Shown piece after piece: positions 1-13,958 of a stretch of 64,000 nucleotides of DNA. The position numbers and the translations under genes were made by a program. Each line of letters begins with the position of its first letter. The first letter of the stretch is position 1. The DNA is from Octopus bimaculoides (lineage: Eukaryota): positions 41,912,329 through 41,976,328 of the forward strand of contig NC_068982.1 in assembly GCF_001194135.2 (NCBI RefSeq). Direction: 5' to 3'. A model generated the notes under the pieces. That model saw only the letters and a program-made list of their open reading frames with translations, was not told the DNA's origin and searched no databases.

Positions 1-946
1 TATTTTAGGGAGAGAAATCTCAACTGTTTCAATTTATAATTTACATTTTCATAATGATAGTATCTATGAATTATCCTTATTGACTCCTTTATTAATTCAA
101 TCTTCACATCAAATAATTCAAGTTGCATCTTTGATGAAGGACATATTAAATTCCAGACTTCCAAACTGAAAGTTGATAAAAGTAATTCCATTGTATGTAC
201 CTCTGCCAAGTGTGCCAAAAAATTTAGTTTTCTATTTTCACCATTACAGAAAAGTGTAACATTATTACAGTGAGCTTAATTCTTTGTTATGAATCAGTTA
301 ACTCGGACAAAATAGATACCCATTTGCATCTGTTATGTCACCCCAAATATGGTGGTACCCTCAACTGGGAAAGATATACCACTTAGTTCTCGTGTATAAT
401 GCACACCCTAAAAATTTGTCCTGAACATTAGAAAAAAGTGTGTATTATGCATGAATATGATACATATTCATAAAAGATTGAAGGGAAAATAAAATCAACA
501 TCTTGTACTCAAAGTATTATTAATGTTATTATTATTTAATTCACAGATAGAACAATCATAATAAAATGAAAAAATAAAGTAAGCTGTATATAAATTTGTA
601 ATATTCTAACAGTATTGAGGAATATTCTTTCAAACTAGTAGTGGTTTTTAAGTCACTTGACCTACGCAATAGGACAACCAAATCCTCTACAAATGTCTCT
701 CTACAATTTTAGAAATAGGAATAATGTCCATCACAAGAGAATAACTTAATTAGAAAGCTGATCAAATGTTTCTAAATATATTCAGTTTGTTATTTCATGC
801 CACTGGTCTTCTAACAGGGTTATCCAACAATAGTAACCAATTATTATTATCATATCACAGTAAAAAAAAGGAAAGAAGAATCTTATAACAGTAAATAAAA
901 TGTATTTGGAAATTGTGTTTATTGTGTATATTCTATTCTTGAACAA

Positions 947-1132
947 GGCGTAGGAGTGGCTGTGTGGTAAGTAGCTAGCTTACCAACCACATGGTCCCGG
1001 GTTCAGTCCCACTGCGCGGCATCTTGGGCAAGTGTCTTCTACTATAGCCTCGGGCCGACCAAAGCCTTGTGAGTGGATTTGGTAGACGGAAACTGAAAGA
1101 AGCCTGTTATATATNNNNNNNNNNNNNNNNNN

Positions 1133-1183
<51 letters not shown>

Positions 1184-1408
1184 CATGTATGTGTGTGTGT
1201 ATGTTTGTATGTGTGTGTTTGTCCTCCCAACATCGCTTGACAACTGATGCTGGTGTGTTTATGTCCCCGTAACTTAGCGGTTCGGCAAAAGAGATTGATA
1301 GAATAAGTACTAGGCTTCTAAAGAATAAGTCCTGGGGTCGATTTGCTCGACTAAAAGGCGGTGCTCCAGCATGGCCACAGCCAAAAGACTGAAACAAGTA
1401 AAAGAGTA
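947..1408 (+). mobile_element. tRNA-headed SINE family A with internal (TA)n/(TG)n microsatellite
   Basis: Head ggcgtaggagtggctgtgtggtaag...gggttcagtccc, ccttgggcaagtgtcttct core, and gtaaaagagtaa tail. Further copies at ~6.6, 8.6, 27.7-28.1(-), 30.2, 32.75, 35.2(-), 35.9-36.3, 39.1(-) and 63.4-63.75(-) kb. Confidence 0.85.
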
Positions 1409-2543
1409 AGTGTTTTACAACTATAATTTTGAGAAATACTTATGAATGCAGATATTTAACTGTATGAACAAGCGACGTGATCAACCAATGAATGAAATAA
1501 GGTAAAAAAAAAAAAATGCCCCGGTTATTAATGGGTAAGATGAAAACTGAATCTTGTTCTCCCAGTTATAATCTAAACTATTAAGAAGTTATGTTCCAAA
1601 AGTAAACCCCCAAAACAGCTCTGGTGAACAAGTAAATAATGATTTCTGAGATGGACTTGAAACCATAGTATTTGGAGGAAAAACATAGTAGTTTAAATTA
1701 AGCCTCAGTACTAGACTAATATTTTTTTTATTGACCTTGGAATGATGAAAGGCAAAGTTGATCTTGGTAGGTTTTTAGCAAAGAACAAATAAACACTGTG
1801 AGGAGGCATTTTGTATAATAACAATTTCTGTCACTTCACAGTCTTCAATGTGTAAAAAATACAATGAAAAAGAATAATGATCAATACGGAAAAGTTATGG
1901 CTGACTGTAAGGACAAAAATACTAAGTTGACATTAAAGCCCAATTTTTCATGCAAGCACACATATGCACACAAGTGAATTAACTAGTAGAATTTCAGTTT
2001 GCTCTATAATGGCAACTATAGCAATATCAGAAAACATTTTTTTTTTTTAAAGCAGCTAGTTTGCAACGAAAATATAATAAATCCATGTTGAAAATAAAGA
2101 TTTCTTTATAAGAGGAGATCAGCCAAAAATGGTGACAAAAACATTCTTACTAAGTTAAAAAACAGTAAGTGTTTTAACTTGATACTGATTCTATTAAGAA
2201 TGCTGCGGAAGGATTATCTTTAATGCAATGGAAAAAAAAAAACAAGGAGTGGTGGGGGAAAAGACAAAGTGCTTTGTAAGTTTTTCACTCCATTTCACAT
2301 GAACTAATTAGAATTTCTACTGTTCCTAAATTTGTTATCTTGAAAATTCTTTGACAGCATAAAACGAAATTTCACAAGAAAATTCTATTTGCAGTTAGAA
2401 CAATAGAAAAGAAGAACAAGTCAAAAACAGGAGCAAAATACACATCGGCACATATAGAGTAACATCACTTCATATTTTTGTACTGATATGAAAACTAGAA
2501 GTGCTACTAAAAGCATGCGTTGACAGATTTTAGCTAGACATAC

Positions 2544-2627
2544 CTAACAAGACAGGCTTGACGAATGTCAAGTTCGTTGACAACAACTGTGTCTACTTTT
2601 CGTTTTGGCTCAAAACAGTCTTGAACA
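2544..2627 (-). CDS. Candidate internal coding exon of an unidentified minus-strand gene (VQDCFEPKRKVDTVVVNELDIRQACLV; phase 2/2)
   Basis: Minus strand reads ttgctttctcttcag|TGTTCAAGAC...CTTGTTAG|gtatgt: a good polypyrimidine acceptor and GTATGT donor. It is 84 nt (multiple of 3) with one open frame and stops in the other two, and the composition is protein-like. No homologue recognised. Confidence 0.45.
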
Positions 2628-4233
2628 CTGAAGAGAAAGCAAGTACCACTTTTATAGAATCACAAAAGGGGTGGGGGGACAGCACCGATTTTGGAAACAG
2701 CTGTGTGAATGCAAGAACAAACCGAGTGTATATTTTATTTATTTTTCTTTCTTACATGAACCATTGCTGTTATGTATCTATAAAACAATAAAATTCATAA
2801 AATAGTTCCTTTTAATGTTTGTTAGTATAAAGTGAATATTATTAGAAAAAGAAGGGTTAATGATTATGAAATGTTGTTTTGATCACTATTTCAGGGAATT
2901 AATAGTAGAGAGAACATGTGGAAGGGGTAGACCCAAGAAGATGTGGGACGAAGTGGTGAGGAAGGATACACGGATGTTGGGACTATAACTCCTGGTGGGT
3001 TGCTGTGTTTGAAAAGACATATTAAATTAAGTAAAAGCATGGTTGTCCCTTGCATACAGGCTTGTCCCTTGCATACAGGCTTGTCCCTTGCAACCCTTAT
3101 CTCGCAGGCTTATAGGCGCTGGTGGCATGTAAAAAGCAGCCATGTTGGTGCTGTGTAAAAGCACCCAATACACTCTGTAAAGTGGTTGGTGTTAAGAGGG
3201 GCATCCAGTCATAGCAACCATGCCAAAGCAGACAAGAAGCCTGAACAGCCCTTCAGTTGGTCAGCTCCTGTCAAACCATCTAACCCATGCCAGCATGAAA
3301 AACAGATGTCAAATGATGATGATGATGATGATGATATTTCATAAATATTATTCTTGCCATATTTCATATACAAGAGTCCTCTCAAAGCAGGGCTTAAGAA
3401 GACTCATTAGTCTTGGTGAGGATAAGACAACGTTTATCCCTACAACATTCAGGTTTCTCTGTCAAATGTATTACTTATTTAGTCACATTAATTTTAATTA
3501 ATCAGGCACTATCACCTAGCTTGGAGATTTTGATGATGCAACTGTTTATTTTCAGAATAATATTGCAGGGTAAGTGCACAAGGTCGGATCTGGCCCACTT
3601 GAAAATAAAACAGGTAGATTATTTTGGCTGGATATGGCCGGTTTAAATGCTATAGGGTTAAAGTGCTGGTTCTATGATAAAATGCACCCAGTACATTCTG
3701 TAAAATGGTTGGTGTTATGAAGGATATCCAAAAGTAGTGAGCAAGCTAAAACTGAACAAGATGTGGTGATCCAGTCTGTTGCAGCCAATCAAATCATCCA
3801 GCCTATGCTAGCATAGAAAACAAATGCATGATGATGATGGCAAGGAGGAGGAGGATAAGCTTATGTATTAGTCATCAAATAATTATTCTGTGATAGATGA
3901 AAGAGGAGCAAAGTATTTGTATGGACAAAAATGAGTGAATAAAGGTGAAAATTCTTTGCCATTGGTAAAAAAGGATTCATTCTTTCTACTTAAAAGATAA
4001 ATTTTTTGAGGCCATAGTTATACTAAGACAGACATGGCCAAAATCAAGAATATATATAACGTCTGCTTTCCATGCTAGCATGGAAAGCGGACGTTAAACG
4101 ATGATGATGATGATGATAATTTTGGCTGAATCAAGTACCAAGTAACAAGAGACTGACCCAACCAAAATAAAGTATCATTAATCTCTACATGGTATTGAGT
4201 AGTCTTTTTTCTGACAGTCAGTACTAAATGGAC

Positions 4234-4235
<2 letters not shown>

Positions 4236-4311
<76 letters not shown>
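4236..4311. repeat. (TA)n microsatellite (representative of many TA, CA, GA, AAT and GAT tracts)
   Basis: Direct inspection. Similar tracts border the N gaps at ~1115 and ~44893-45215. Confidence 0.95.
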
Positions 4312-4314
<3 letters not shown>

Positions 4315-4749
4315 TCATCATCATCATCATCATCGTTTAACGTCCATCTTCCATGCATGCATGGGTATACATACATACATACATACATATATATATATAC
4401 ATACATACATACATATATATAATAAACAAAAAGAAAAACAAAAGATGTATTTCAACTGACCTATGATATACAACTTTGAAAACTTTTGACATAGCTATTT
4501 CTATTAATATATTTTAAATAGATAGTCAACACTTAAAAAAAATGAAAGAGAAAAGAAAAGAAAGCCAAAACAAAACAAAAGCACAACAAAAAACAAACAA
4601 ACCTAAATCAAGCTTTGAAGGAGTAATTCATAAAATATTTTGAACAATGGTATTTTAGAGCTGAATATTCCAGTATGTTATTAGAGCATTATATTTTGCA
4701 ACTATTTCAGCTGAAAGAAGCAGAGGAAGATAAGGGGATATAGAGATTA

Positions 4750-5078
4750 TATACACATTTCTGTACATTCCACAAGTCTCACTTCATCAGATCTTTTGGG
4801 TCTCACACTATCTTTGTATTTGTCTACAGTGAATGCTTGATTTCCAATCAAGGACGGACAGGATGTGGGCAGTTTTTGCTGTCTAATTAGTGTCATCAGT
4901 TTTTGTTCTGCTCCCATCTCATCCAGAACTGAATCATTTATTTTGTGGTCATCCAACTTGATTTACAGCTCTCATTAGTAGCCTGTCATTATGTCAACAC
5001 CCTGAGTCACTAGGTGTTCATGACACTTAGGGTCCATGCTTCACTTTCATACAATGCTAATGAAGGCAAACCATGCAT
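4750..5078 (-). mobile_element. RTE/Bov-B-like LINE C-terminal fragment
   Basis: Contiguous minus-strand LYESEAWTL ... DHKINDSVLDEMGAEQKLMTLIRQQKL, typical of the post-RT region of RTE elements. Confidence 0.7.
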
Positions 5079-5104
5079 AAAATCATTTACAAAATCATTC
5101 TGTA

Positions 5105-5610
5105 AGAGAATAATTGGGTATAAGAAGTATGAGATGTAGTGTGCAAGAGAGAAGACTGTGCTGGTATGGTCATGTGATGCATATGGATAAAGACAACTGC
5201 ATAAAGAAGTACCAATTTCTAATTGTGGAGGGAACCTGTGGAAGAGGGTAGACACAGAAAGATGTGGGATGAGGTGGCGAAATATGATCTTTGGTTGTTG
5301 AACCTCATGGAGGTAATGACAAGCAACCAAGACAACCAACATGACAAGCAACCAACATGTCAAGCTAAGTGAATCACTGTCATTGCCAGTGCTGTTGACA
5401 TATAAAAGGCACCTATGTTGGTGACATATAAAAGGCATCTGTGCCAATAAAAGAACACTCAGTGCACTCTGTAAAGTGGTTGATGTTAGGAAGGGCATCC
5501 AGCTATGGAAACCAAATCAAAACAGATGACTGGAGCATGGTGCAGCTCTCCAGCCCCAGTCAAACCATCAAACCCATGCCAGCATGGAAAACAGATGATG
5601 ATGATGATGA
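5105..5610 (+). mobile_element. RTE LINE 3' end with (GAT)n tail
   Basis: LGIRSMRCSVQERRLCWYGHVMHM...EGTCGRGRHRKMWDEV, then the abundant 3' UTR (gtggttg.tgttaggaagggcatccagc...aacccatgccagcatggaaa...gatgatgat). The same tail recurs at ~3.1-3.3, 3.7, 12.7-12.9, 28.3/28.9, 32.9, 36.8-37.0, 37.4, 39.8-40.0 and 47.3-47.5 kb. Confidence 0.85.
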
Positions 5611-8600
5611 TAATTCTTTTCAAAAAACAAGTTTTTCATTGAAAATTTGTTCCATGGTCGTGTTGAAATATAAACTCAGTGAAAAAGTTTTCAAAATTTT
5701 ACCGATGGAACATATACTTTCCTTCGGAATTTTTTGATTTGGGAGTTTACAAATTTCAAGGAAACTTTGGAAAAGCAATGTAAGTGGTTTGGCTAGGACC
5801 ATTTTTGCATGTGTTTAGGAGAAGGATTGGGAAGCCATTTGGGTCTGTTACTGGTGTGAGACTCATTTTGTCTACAATAGGTACTAAATTAATTACATTA
5901 ATGTAATTGAGTTGCTACTCCTCTATGCAATGTTGTGATGCAGACAAACTTTGCTGGTTTGGTTGTTTATATGTATGCCAGTAGGCTAGTGAAAAACAAT
6001 GTTCAATTGTCCATTTGTCATTTCACTCACTATGCTACTGTTTGCAGTAAGTGGTCCATTCTTTCAAGTTTTTCAAACAATGGTCCTATTTTATATTGTA
6101 CAAACACACAGACACTCAAGCACATATCTGCACACATAGTGTCCCTGACGAATCTCTCCCAGCACAACTTATCTCCCTAACACCACCTACTCCTTCTCAC
6201 TGTTTGAACTCTTGCAAATTTACCTATTCACTCACCCAACCTAATCCTCTGTACCACTTCCCTCACATACATACCACTGTAACGTTCGGTTTCCTTGTAT
6301 GTCTCCACTGTCCTGTTTTTGTTCCCAACTTTGACCCTCCATAAATCCTAAATTTTATTTTAGAATTTATGGGAGCAACTGTCTTTGAAGACTCATATTG
6401 TCGTTGAATGCTCAAAATGAGTAGATAAATAGTCGACAACTGATGAAGGGTTGTTTCTCTGTGTTTACTTGTCCTGTTTTCCATTTTTCTCTCTCATTGT
6501 TTACGTATTTTACTTGTTTGTCTACGTATTTCATGTTGTTTACACAGTTGGTGACGTCCTGTACCCATATATTCATATATACACACACACACACACACAT
6601 AGATATATAACAGAATTCTTTTAGTTTCTGTCTACCAAATCCATTCAGAAAGCTTTGGTTGACCTGGGGCTATAGTAGAAGACACCTGCCAAAGGTGTCA
6701 TGCAGTGGTACTGAACCTGAGACCAAATGATTGGGAAACAAACTTCTTACCACACAATTGCAACTACACACACACACACACACGTGCCTGCACTTGCACA
6801 CACACAGTTTGACCCACTCAAAATAGAGCCCAAATGTCACTCATATCTGTCTTGAATAAATGTCACACCTGCAATACCCTTAATCATAGGAGTACTCAAT
6901 TAGGGATCCCCAGAAACTAAACAACAACACATACTCATATATATACACAAGCACACCCATATTATATATGGTTAGTCCACATTACTCTGTAAGGAGCATA
7001 GGGCTATTTTCCCAGTTTCTCTAGCATATATATTCTCCACTTGGATAGAGCACTGATCCATCACAGGATTACTCATTTTTGCTAGATGAGTGGATCGGAG
7101 CAACATGAAATGAAGTGTTTTACTCAAGAACTAGTATTATACAGAACAAGTAATATACAGTGTCTGTCCCTCTCTCTTGCATGTATACACACACCTAACC
7201 CATCACCTGGTTTAATGCAATTGATGGAGCCCATTCTGTTGCAAGCACCTGGGCCAGGTTTCAGGTTTGGGGACAGCTTCCCTCCCTCCCACCTGTCTTA
7301 GATGTCCTGTAATGGATCATGGGCACTGCTGTTCCTCTGGACAAAAACATAAAATAAATCAGTAAAATAATTTTATTACTTTTTGAAATACCTTGAATAA
7401 TCTGAATTGAACATCTGATAGTGATTTTCTCTTTCATGACATCAATTTCCCCACTTTTACCTCTAATATTAGCAGTTCAACAACATACTAACACATATTT
7501 AACTAGACAAAAATGTGTCTATTTAAGAAGAAAGCAAATTAAAGGGAGATAATCCTCTTTGAAAGATTCTGTAGTGTAAATTCTAAACCACGTTCAGTAG
7601 TTCTAAGATGAAAGTAGAAACAAGAGCAGGAATTATATAAATATAGCTCTCAGAAATAAATAAAATTTGACTAATAGCTTGGGATAAGAGATTGAAAACC
7701 ATTTTTAGAGTTGATTTTTCGAGAACAATTCAAGCAAAGAAAATTAAAATTCTAAAGACAACCAAATTTACGAAAATAGTAACATCTCTGGAGTGAGTAA
7801 TTATACTTATGTAATGAACAATTTTCGGTTGTTGCATAAGTAATCATAGGTAGCAGGGATGTGAATATCTGGAGAAGAATTTGGAAAGCTGCCAAACAGT
7901 AGTTACTATTAATAAAATGTGTGTTTATTGCCGTTGAGATAAAAGAAAATAAATAGTAAGGATTAGAAGAACTGGGGAAAAAGCAAAAAGAGAATGTTGT
8001 TTGAAGAATTAAATCTTTATATTTTAAAATTAATTTATTTATTAAAAAACAACATTTTATGTCAGAAAATTCCTTGAGAATAATAAATATATAACAATAT
8101 ATAATTATTCTTGAGAATAATTATATATCATATAATTGAGTATTTTGCAAATTTTTTTCTTAAAAGAAATGTTAGAATATAAACTTTAGAGTACATTACT
8201 TAATTGTTGTAAAAGAAAATAGGAATGCAAAACAGCTTTGAGATTAATGCTTCATAGTCTGGATTTGAAGCAGTAATTTAGTATAAAATGCCTGCTATGT
8301 GCTGTTAGTAAAATTACCCAACACAATTGGGAACTTAAGATTTATATATTTTTTTGAAAATGTGCAATTAAATCTTTTATGAATACTTTATCATCAACAT
8401 TTTAACGTCCACTTTTTCATGCTTGCATGGATCAGACAGTTTTACTGAAGCAGATTTTCTATGGTCAGATACCCTTCTTGTACCAACCCACACCAGTTTC
8501 CCAGCAAGGTAAATATTTTCCTGTGGCCAGACATGTTCTCGCAAAATATTGGAAATGAATGGCACTGATATCATTTACAACTATCACATGATATCAAAAC

Positions 8601-10984
8601 AAGGACATAAACATATATATATATATACAATGGGGTTCTTTCAGTTTTTGTGGACTAAATCTACTCACAAGGCTTTGGTCGGCCTAGGACTGTAGCAGAA
8701 GACACCTGTCAGAGCCAGGTAACTGGGGAAGCAAACTGCTTACCACACAGCCACACTTGCACCAATGTACATAACTAATTACATTGTGTTTATTGGAGTA
8801 GAAAATATATTAAAAAACGAAGTTTTGCAATCAAAATATGCAAAGTAAAGAATTTAAAATAGAACATCTTTTACAAGTCATTCTTTCAAATTCGAAATTT
8901 GCATAGTCATGTATGTCATGAAGAATGGATCTTTAGATTAACCAGTACCACTTGCCTCATATTTTGTTAATTCCCTCCAGAAGCTATTTTAACAGGAATT
9001 AGTAAGCCTAGTGGCATAGAATCAGTTTTAGCTGCACTGAGTGGTAGCCACATTCCTTAAATGTAACATACCTTTAACAACAAACACACATACATAAAGT
9101 GACGATATTGTGTGGTCTGCACACTCAGTGCTATGCTCCTGAGTAGGTCTTATAGGATTGAAAAATAATAATAATAATAATAATGATAATAATAATGGTT
9201 TCAAATTTTGGCACAAGGCCAGCAAATTTGGGGGAGGAGAGGGGCCAAGTCAATGAAATTGACCCCAGTGCTCGTAGTTATTTTATAGACTCCAAAAGGA
9301 TGAAAGACAAAGTCAGCCTTGGTGGAATTTGAACTCAGAGTGTATAGATGGACAAAATGCTGGTAAGCATCTTGCCCAGTGTGCTAATGATTCTGCCAGC
9401 TTGAAAAAAAGTTTTCAACAATGTTGAGTCAAATGCATCAGCTTCAACCAAATGCTTCTTTTAATATATAGCTGAAATATATATTAAGGAACTTTTTAAA
9501 CACTCAATTCAACCGAAATATGAGCACAGGTATAACTGTATGCTTCATGAGTCCACTTCACAACCACAGGATTGCATGTTCAATCCCACTGCACAGTACC
9601 TTGGGCAAGTTTCCTATCTGCCATTGCTTCAGTTTGACCTATGTGTTGCAGATGATATTTGGTATCTAAAAATGTGCAGAAGCCTGTTGTATATTGGTGA
9701 GGGTTTAGCTGATAAATTAGTGCATCAAACCCTTTTAGGTGAAGTAAGTTATTTGATAAAGATTCATAAAATAAATACTGAGGTTGATAAAATTAACTAA
9801 AAACCAGTAAAAGAATGAAAAAAGAAAAAAAAAATTAACTGATAGATAGCTATATCAGTTACTGACTAGCTTTTGAAGAATTATTTTCAATACATTTTCC
9901 TATCTGAAATATTATATATAGAATAAGAATGAAATTTTGTTTCTGTCCGATAAAAGTACATTTGGCATACATATCCTTTAGAAGTATTGTATCACACATA
10001 AATGAGTGATACAATGTGAAAGCTATTAGACATGAAAAAATCTGAATCATAAATGTTTTAACTATTTAATACTGAGATTTTTATATAATGAACACTGATT
10101 TAAACAAAAAAGATTTAAACAGCAAAACAGTTATAATGTGTGTGCATGATATAAATGAGGTCTATCATCATTAGTACCCTGAACAGCATTAACAGTGTTT
10201 TCTCATTGCAATCTCAAATGCTACATTCTTTTAATAATATCTATTTATTTCACCCAGTTCTTTACTTAACTTGCATTCAGGTAAAAATAGTCTTTGTTCT
10301 CCCTGCTTGAATAAAGATGACATTGCAAGGGGAAAATACCAGCCATGAAACCACCTAGAAAACCTGAAAAATGTGTATTTCTAATAATTGTCTTGATAGA
10401 GTGTTTTATTTATAAATATGTAAACTTTAACTACCATTTATTGACCCTCCTGTTGCCACATTTCTGCTTTGCTTTGATTAATTTTAGAAAAAAATTAAGA
10501 ATTCAGTAAACTAAGTTTGTCATTATTAAAAGGTGGTCTTTGGAATATTATTTAACATGAAATTTTGATGGAAGATTTTAATTTACATCGGAGAACCAAG
10601 GGCAGTGTCAGGTAGGTTGGTGTGAAAAGGGCCAATGATAGATTTAAATTTTCCAAGAATAAAAAATATGTTGTCCAATGGTAAATAGCCATAAAGAAAT
10701 TAATTGTTACTATTCTAAAACTCCTTTACACAAAATAAAATATGATAGCTGGTTTTTAAAGCAGAAATTGTATACATGTGCAACATAGCACAAGTAGGTA
10801 TATGCACACATAAACACATCTCCCTAAAATTTAAATTCACATAATTAGGCATTTATCTAAAATTTGCCATAACTAATCCAGTTCTGTACTTTTTGCATAA
10901 TTTCTTCTAACTGGAATCTTAGACTTTGAAATTTTTATCTTTATAATCTGTACTTATTAACAACACATTATAACATATGCATTA

Positions 10985-11300
10985 AGATGGCTTAATGGTT
11001 AGGTGTTCAGCTCACGATTGTAAGATTTTGAGTTCAATACCTGATGGTATGTTGTATCTTTGAGCAAGACACTTCATTTTACGTTGCTCCAGTCCACTCA
11101 GCTGGTAAAAATGAGTAGTACCTGTGTGTCAAAGGGCCAGCCTTGTCACATTTTGTGTCACACTGAATCTCCCTGAGAACTATGTTAAGGATATGTGTGT
11201 CTGTGGAGTTCTCAGCCACTTGTACATTAACTTCCCAAGGAAGTTGTTCCATTGATTGAATCACCTGGAACACTTGTCATTGTGACTGTTGGAGTGCCAG
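10985..11300 (+). mobile_element. tRNA-headed SINE family D
   Basis: ggcttaatggttagg...gagttcaatacc, gagcaagacact...ttgctccagtccactcagctg core, and gggccagccttgtcaca...tgaatctccctgagaac tail. Copies at ~11.5, 32.4-32.7, 61.6, 63.2 and 63.77-64.0(-) kb. Confidence 0.8.
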
Positions 11301-13380
11301 TATATATGCAATAAAAAAAGACAGAGAGAAGAGGGGGAATATATATATATAAGCACAGTAATGTGTAGATTGTTAGCATAAATGATTGACATTATTATGG
11401 CTTATGCTTCTGGTGTTGTTATAGAGTTGATGTTGGCAAAGTATTAAATTAACTATAATTTGTATTCTCTCCCAGCGACTTCAGTGAAGACACACTACTT
11501 AGTGGTTAGGGTGTTGCACTCAAAATCACAAGATTGTGGCTTTGATTCCTGGGCCAGGTGGTGTGTTGCGTTCAGGAGCAAAATACTTCATTTCATGTTG
11601 CTCCAGTCTACTCAGCTGTAAAAAAGTAAATCCGGTTCAGGAGCAATGCTGTGATTTTGTTTACTTGTAGGCCATGGAGACTGAGTGGACTAGTCCTATG
11701 AGTCTTAGTACTGAAGACAGTAAAGTCATAGCAATTTTACTCATGCCTTCATTCCATACACATGTATTTCACAAACCTTAATTTAGACACTTACTATTGT
11801 GTGGCCTTTGTTCCAGTCATGACTGTCTTGTCTATTTTTTATTACGTGGTTATATTGTTCAACATATCCATATTCCCCTTATTAAAGACAATAGGCTGTG
11901 GCTTGAAAGAAATTTGGCTGCTATTTCAAGTCAGTCAATCTCCCACATAAAGATCCCCTCATTGGCTCATCTTAATAACAATAGATTGCTATTTTCAGCA
12001 TTTCTGTATTATCACATTATTTATAGTACCCACATAGTTAATGACTAGAATGTTCTGGTGTACAGAGATGGATTCAGTGAAAATAAATTCAAAGAAACAG
12101 CTATTACAAACCTAAAACCAACAAACCATACAAATGTAAGTCCCTTGTTATACAAATAACATATTGACATCTGACCTATCTGCACAAACCTGTTGCATCT
12201 ATAGGAAGATATTTTCATAAGCAACTGAAATCTGGTGAAGACTGATGATGTTCAAGATATGAAGAAATAACATATACAACAACATATAACACTATTGCTC
12301 TTGATTACTACGTCTAATTTCACCTTCATTAACCTAATACTTGTTTCAAATTTGGCACAAGGCCAGCAAGTTTGGGGGAGGGGCTAAGTCAGTTAAATTG
12401 ACTCTAGTGTTCAACTGGTACTTATTTTACTGACCCTGGCAGAATTTGAACTCAGAACATAAAGACGGACGAAATGCTGCTAAGCATTTTGTCAGGCAAT
12501 GGTAACAATTCTGTCAGCTCATTGCTTTCTTCATTAATCTAATACTGACAAAATGAGAAGAAACACCTTAAATGATGTAGTCAAACATGCAATATTCAAA
12601 TTTACAATAATCAATATTAAAACATGTAATAATTGAATTAAGTTGCAAGTTATTCATATTTGAAACCTTCTGACACTGAACCAAAAATGATATCATCATC
12701 ATCATCGTCGTTTAACGTCCGCTTTCCATGCTAGCATGGATTGGACGATTTGACTGAGGACTGGTGAAACCAGATGGCTACACCAGGCTCCAATCTGATT
12801 TGGCAGAGTTTCTACGGCTGGATGCCCTTCCTAACGCCAACCACTCAGAAAGTGTAGTGGGTGCTTTTACGTGTTACCAACAAAACTATCCAGTATATGG
12901 CTGTGTAGTCAAGACATTCAATTTTGCAATCACGTGGGTCTGGGTTCAGTCCTTGTTGCATAGCACCCAGGTAAGTATTTTTCTATTGAACCAAAACTTT
13001 GAATTGATCTTGATCTTGGAAGCCCATCAGATGATATGTATAAATTCTGAGTGGTAGACATAACCTTTAGCACATTACATTTTCTCTAGAATTGTTTCCC
13101 CTGCCACTGCCCTGAGCTACAGGGGAAATAACTTGCACAGCAACATGATGTGCCTACAATGTGTTAAAGGTTAATCTTTTACCCAGTTTCACCACCAGAT
13201 CCTTGGTATGATGATTCACAACATATCACTGTCTGAAAGCTTCTATATAACTTTTAAAGTATTTTTTTAATGTTTTTTTTCTGATGATCAGGTGATGTAA
13301 TCTGCTTCAAGGTATATCCTAATATAACAGACATTGTCAATGAAATATGTGTAAAAGAATGTATTGAGTAAACATAAAAA

Positions 13381-13420
<40 letters not shown>

Positions 13421-13738
13421 CATACATACACACACAAAATTTATAGTTCATGGATTACATATATGAAAATTGAGACTTAAAGAGGGATAAATATAATAGT
13501 ACATATTTATTTATCAATACTTTACAATTGTACTAGTGTTTCAGGATTTCAGTATTTTCTCATATGTCATTTTCTTTTGAGAAAATGCTAAAGTGCTGAA
13601 ACATTTGTAAGTTTTACTGAGCCTCAAGCATTTGGTATTACTCAGGTATGTTCAAAAGTGCTGTCAGATAATGTAGTATTTGTGTTAATGTGGGTCTTTG
13701 AATTGGCAACAATAAACAAAACAAATAAAGCTGCTTAA

Positions 13739-13958
13739 CTCTCTTGTTACCATATTTCTGTTGACATACACTGTGTTTGTTTCGATTCATTTTGAAAATA
13801 AAGAAATATTTCATAGAAACTTTGTCATTGTCAAACTGGTGCTTGGAGCATACATTAACATGAAATTTTCCTGGAAGATTTTTAATTATGATTAATTAAA
13901 ACAAGAAGTGTGTATCATAGAACCAGGAACAGTCTTAGGTGGGTTGGTATCACAAAGG
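13739..13958. mobile_element. piggyBac-type MITE (second family)
   Basis: TTAA at 13735-13738 and 13959-13962; imperfect TIR CTCTCTTGTTACCA / TGGTATCACAAAGG. A related copy lies at ~10440-10635. Confidence 0.7.

Noticed and set aside
1-165. Minus-strand open frame after ttcag (LEVWNLICPSSKMQLELF...)
   Set aside because: No recognisable homology and no donor in the window; can arise by chance.
980-1397. Overlapping ORFs with YIYIYI/THTH runs (also 4224-4422, 44806-45294, 57095-57725, 60392-60956)
   Set aside because: These are translations of microsatellites, SINE bodies and N gaps, not genes.
2544-2627. PP1-like phosphatase identity (NELDIRQACLVS vs ENEIRGLCLKS)
   Set aside because: The similarity is too short, and no REIF/GDIHGQ exon was found downstream in the window.
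3043-3092. 19-bp tandem repeat (CTTGTCCCTTGCATACAGG x2.6) as a CRISPR-like array
   Set aside because: No spacers; a simple slippage duplication within an RTE 3' region in a eukaryotic genome.
3556-3569. Plus-strand 14-nt microexon (ttttcag|AATAATATTGCAGG|gtaagt)
   Set aside because: It lies inside a piggyBac-type MITE copy, and no plus-strand gene is supported here.
5010-5610. Twin-priming 5' inversion of one RTE element
   Set aside because: The minus-strand LYESEAWTL piece continues into 4750-4960 as a separate Bov-B-like fragment, so these are two independent insertions back to back.
11795-11901. Minus-strand exon with good splice sites
   Set aside because: Stop codons in all three frames; at best non-coding and otherwise unsupported.
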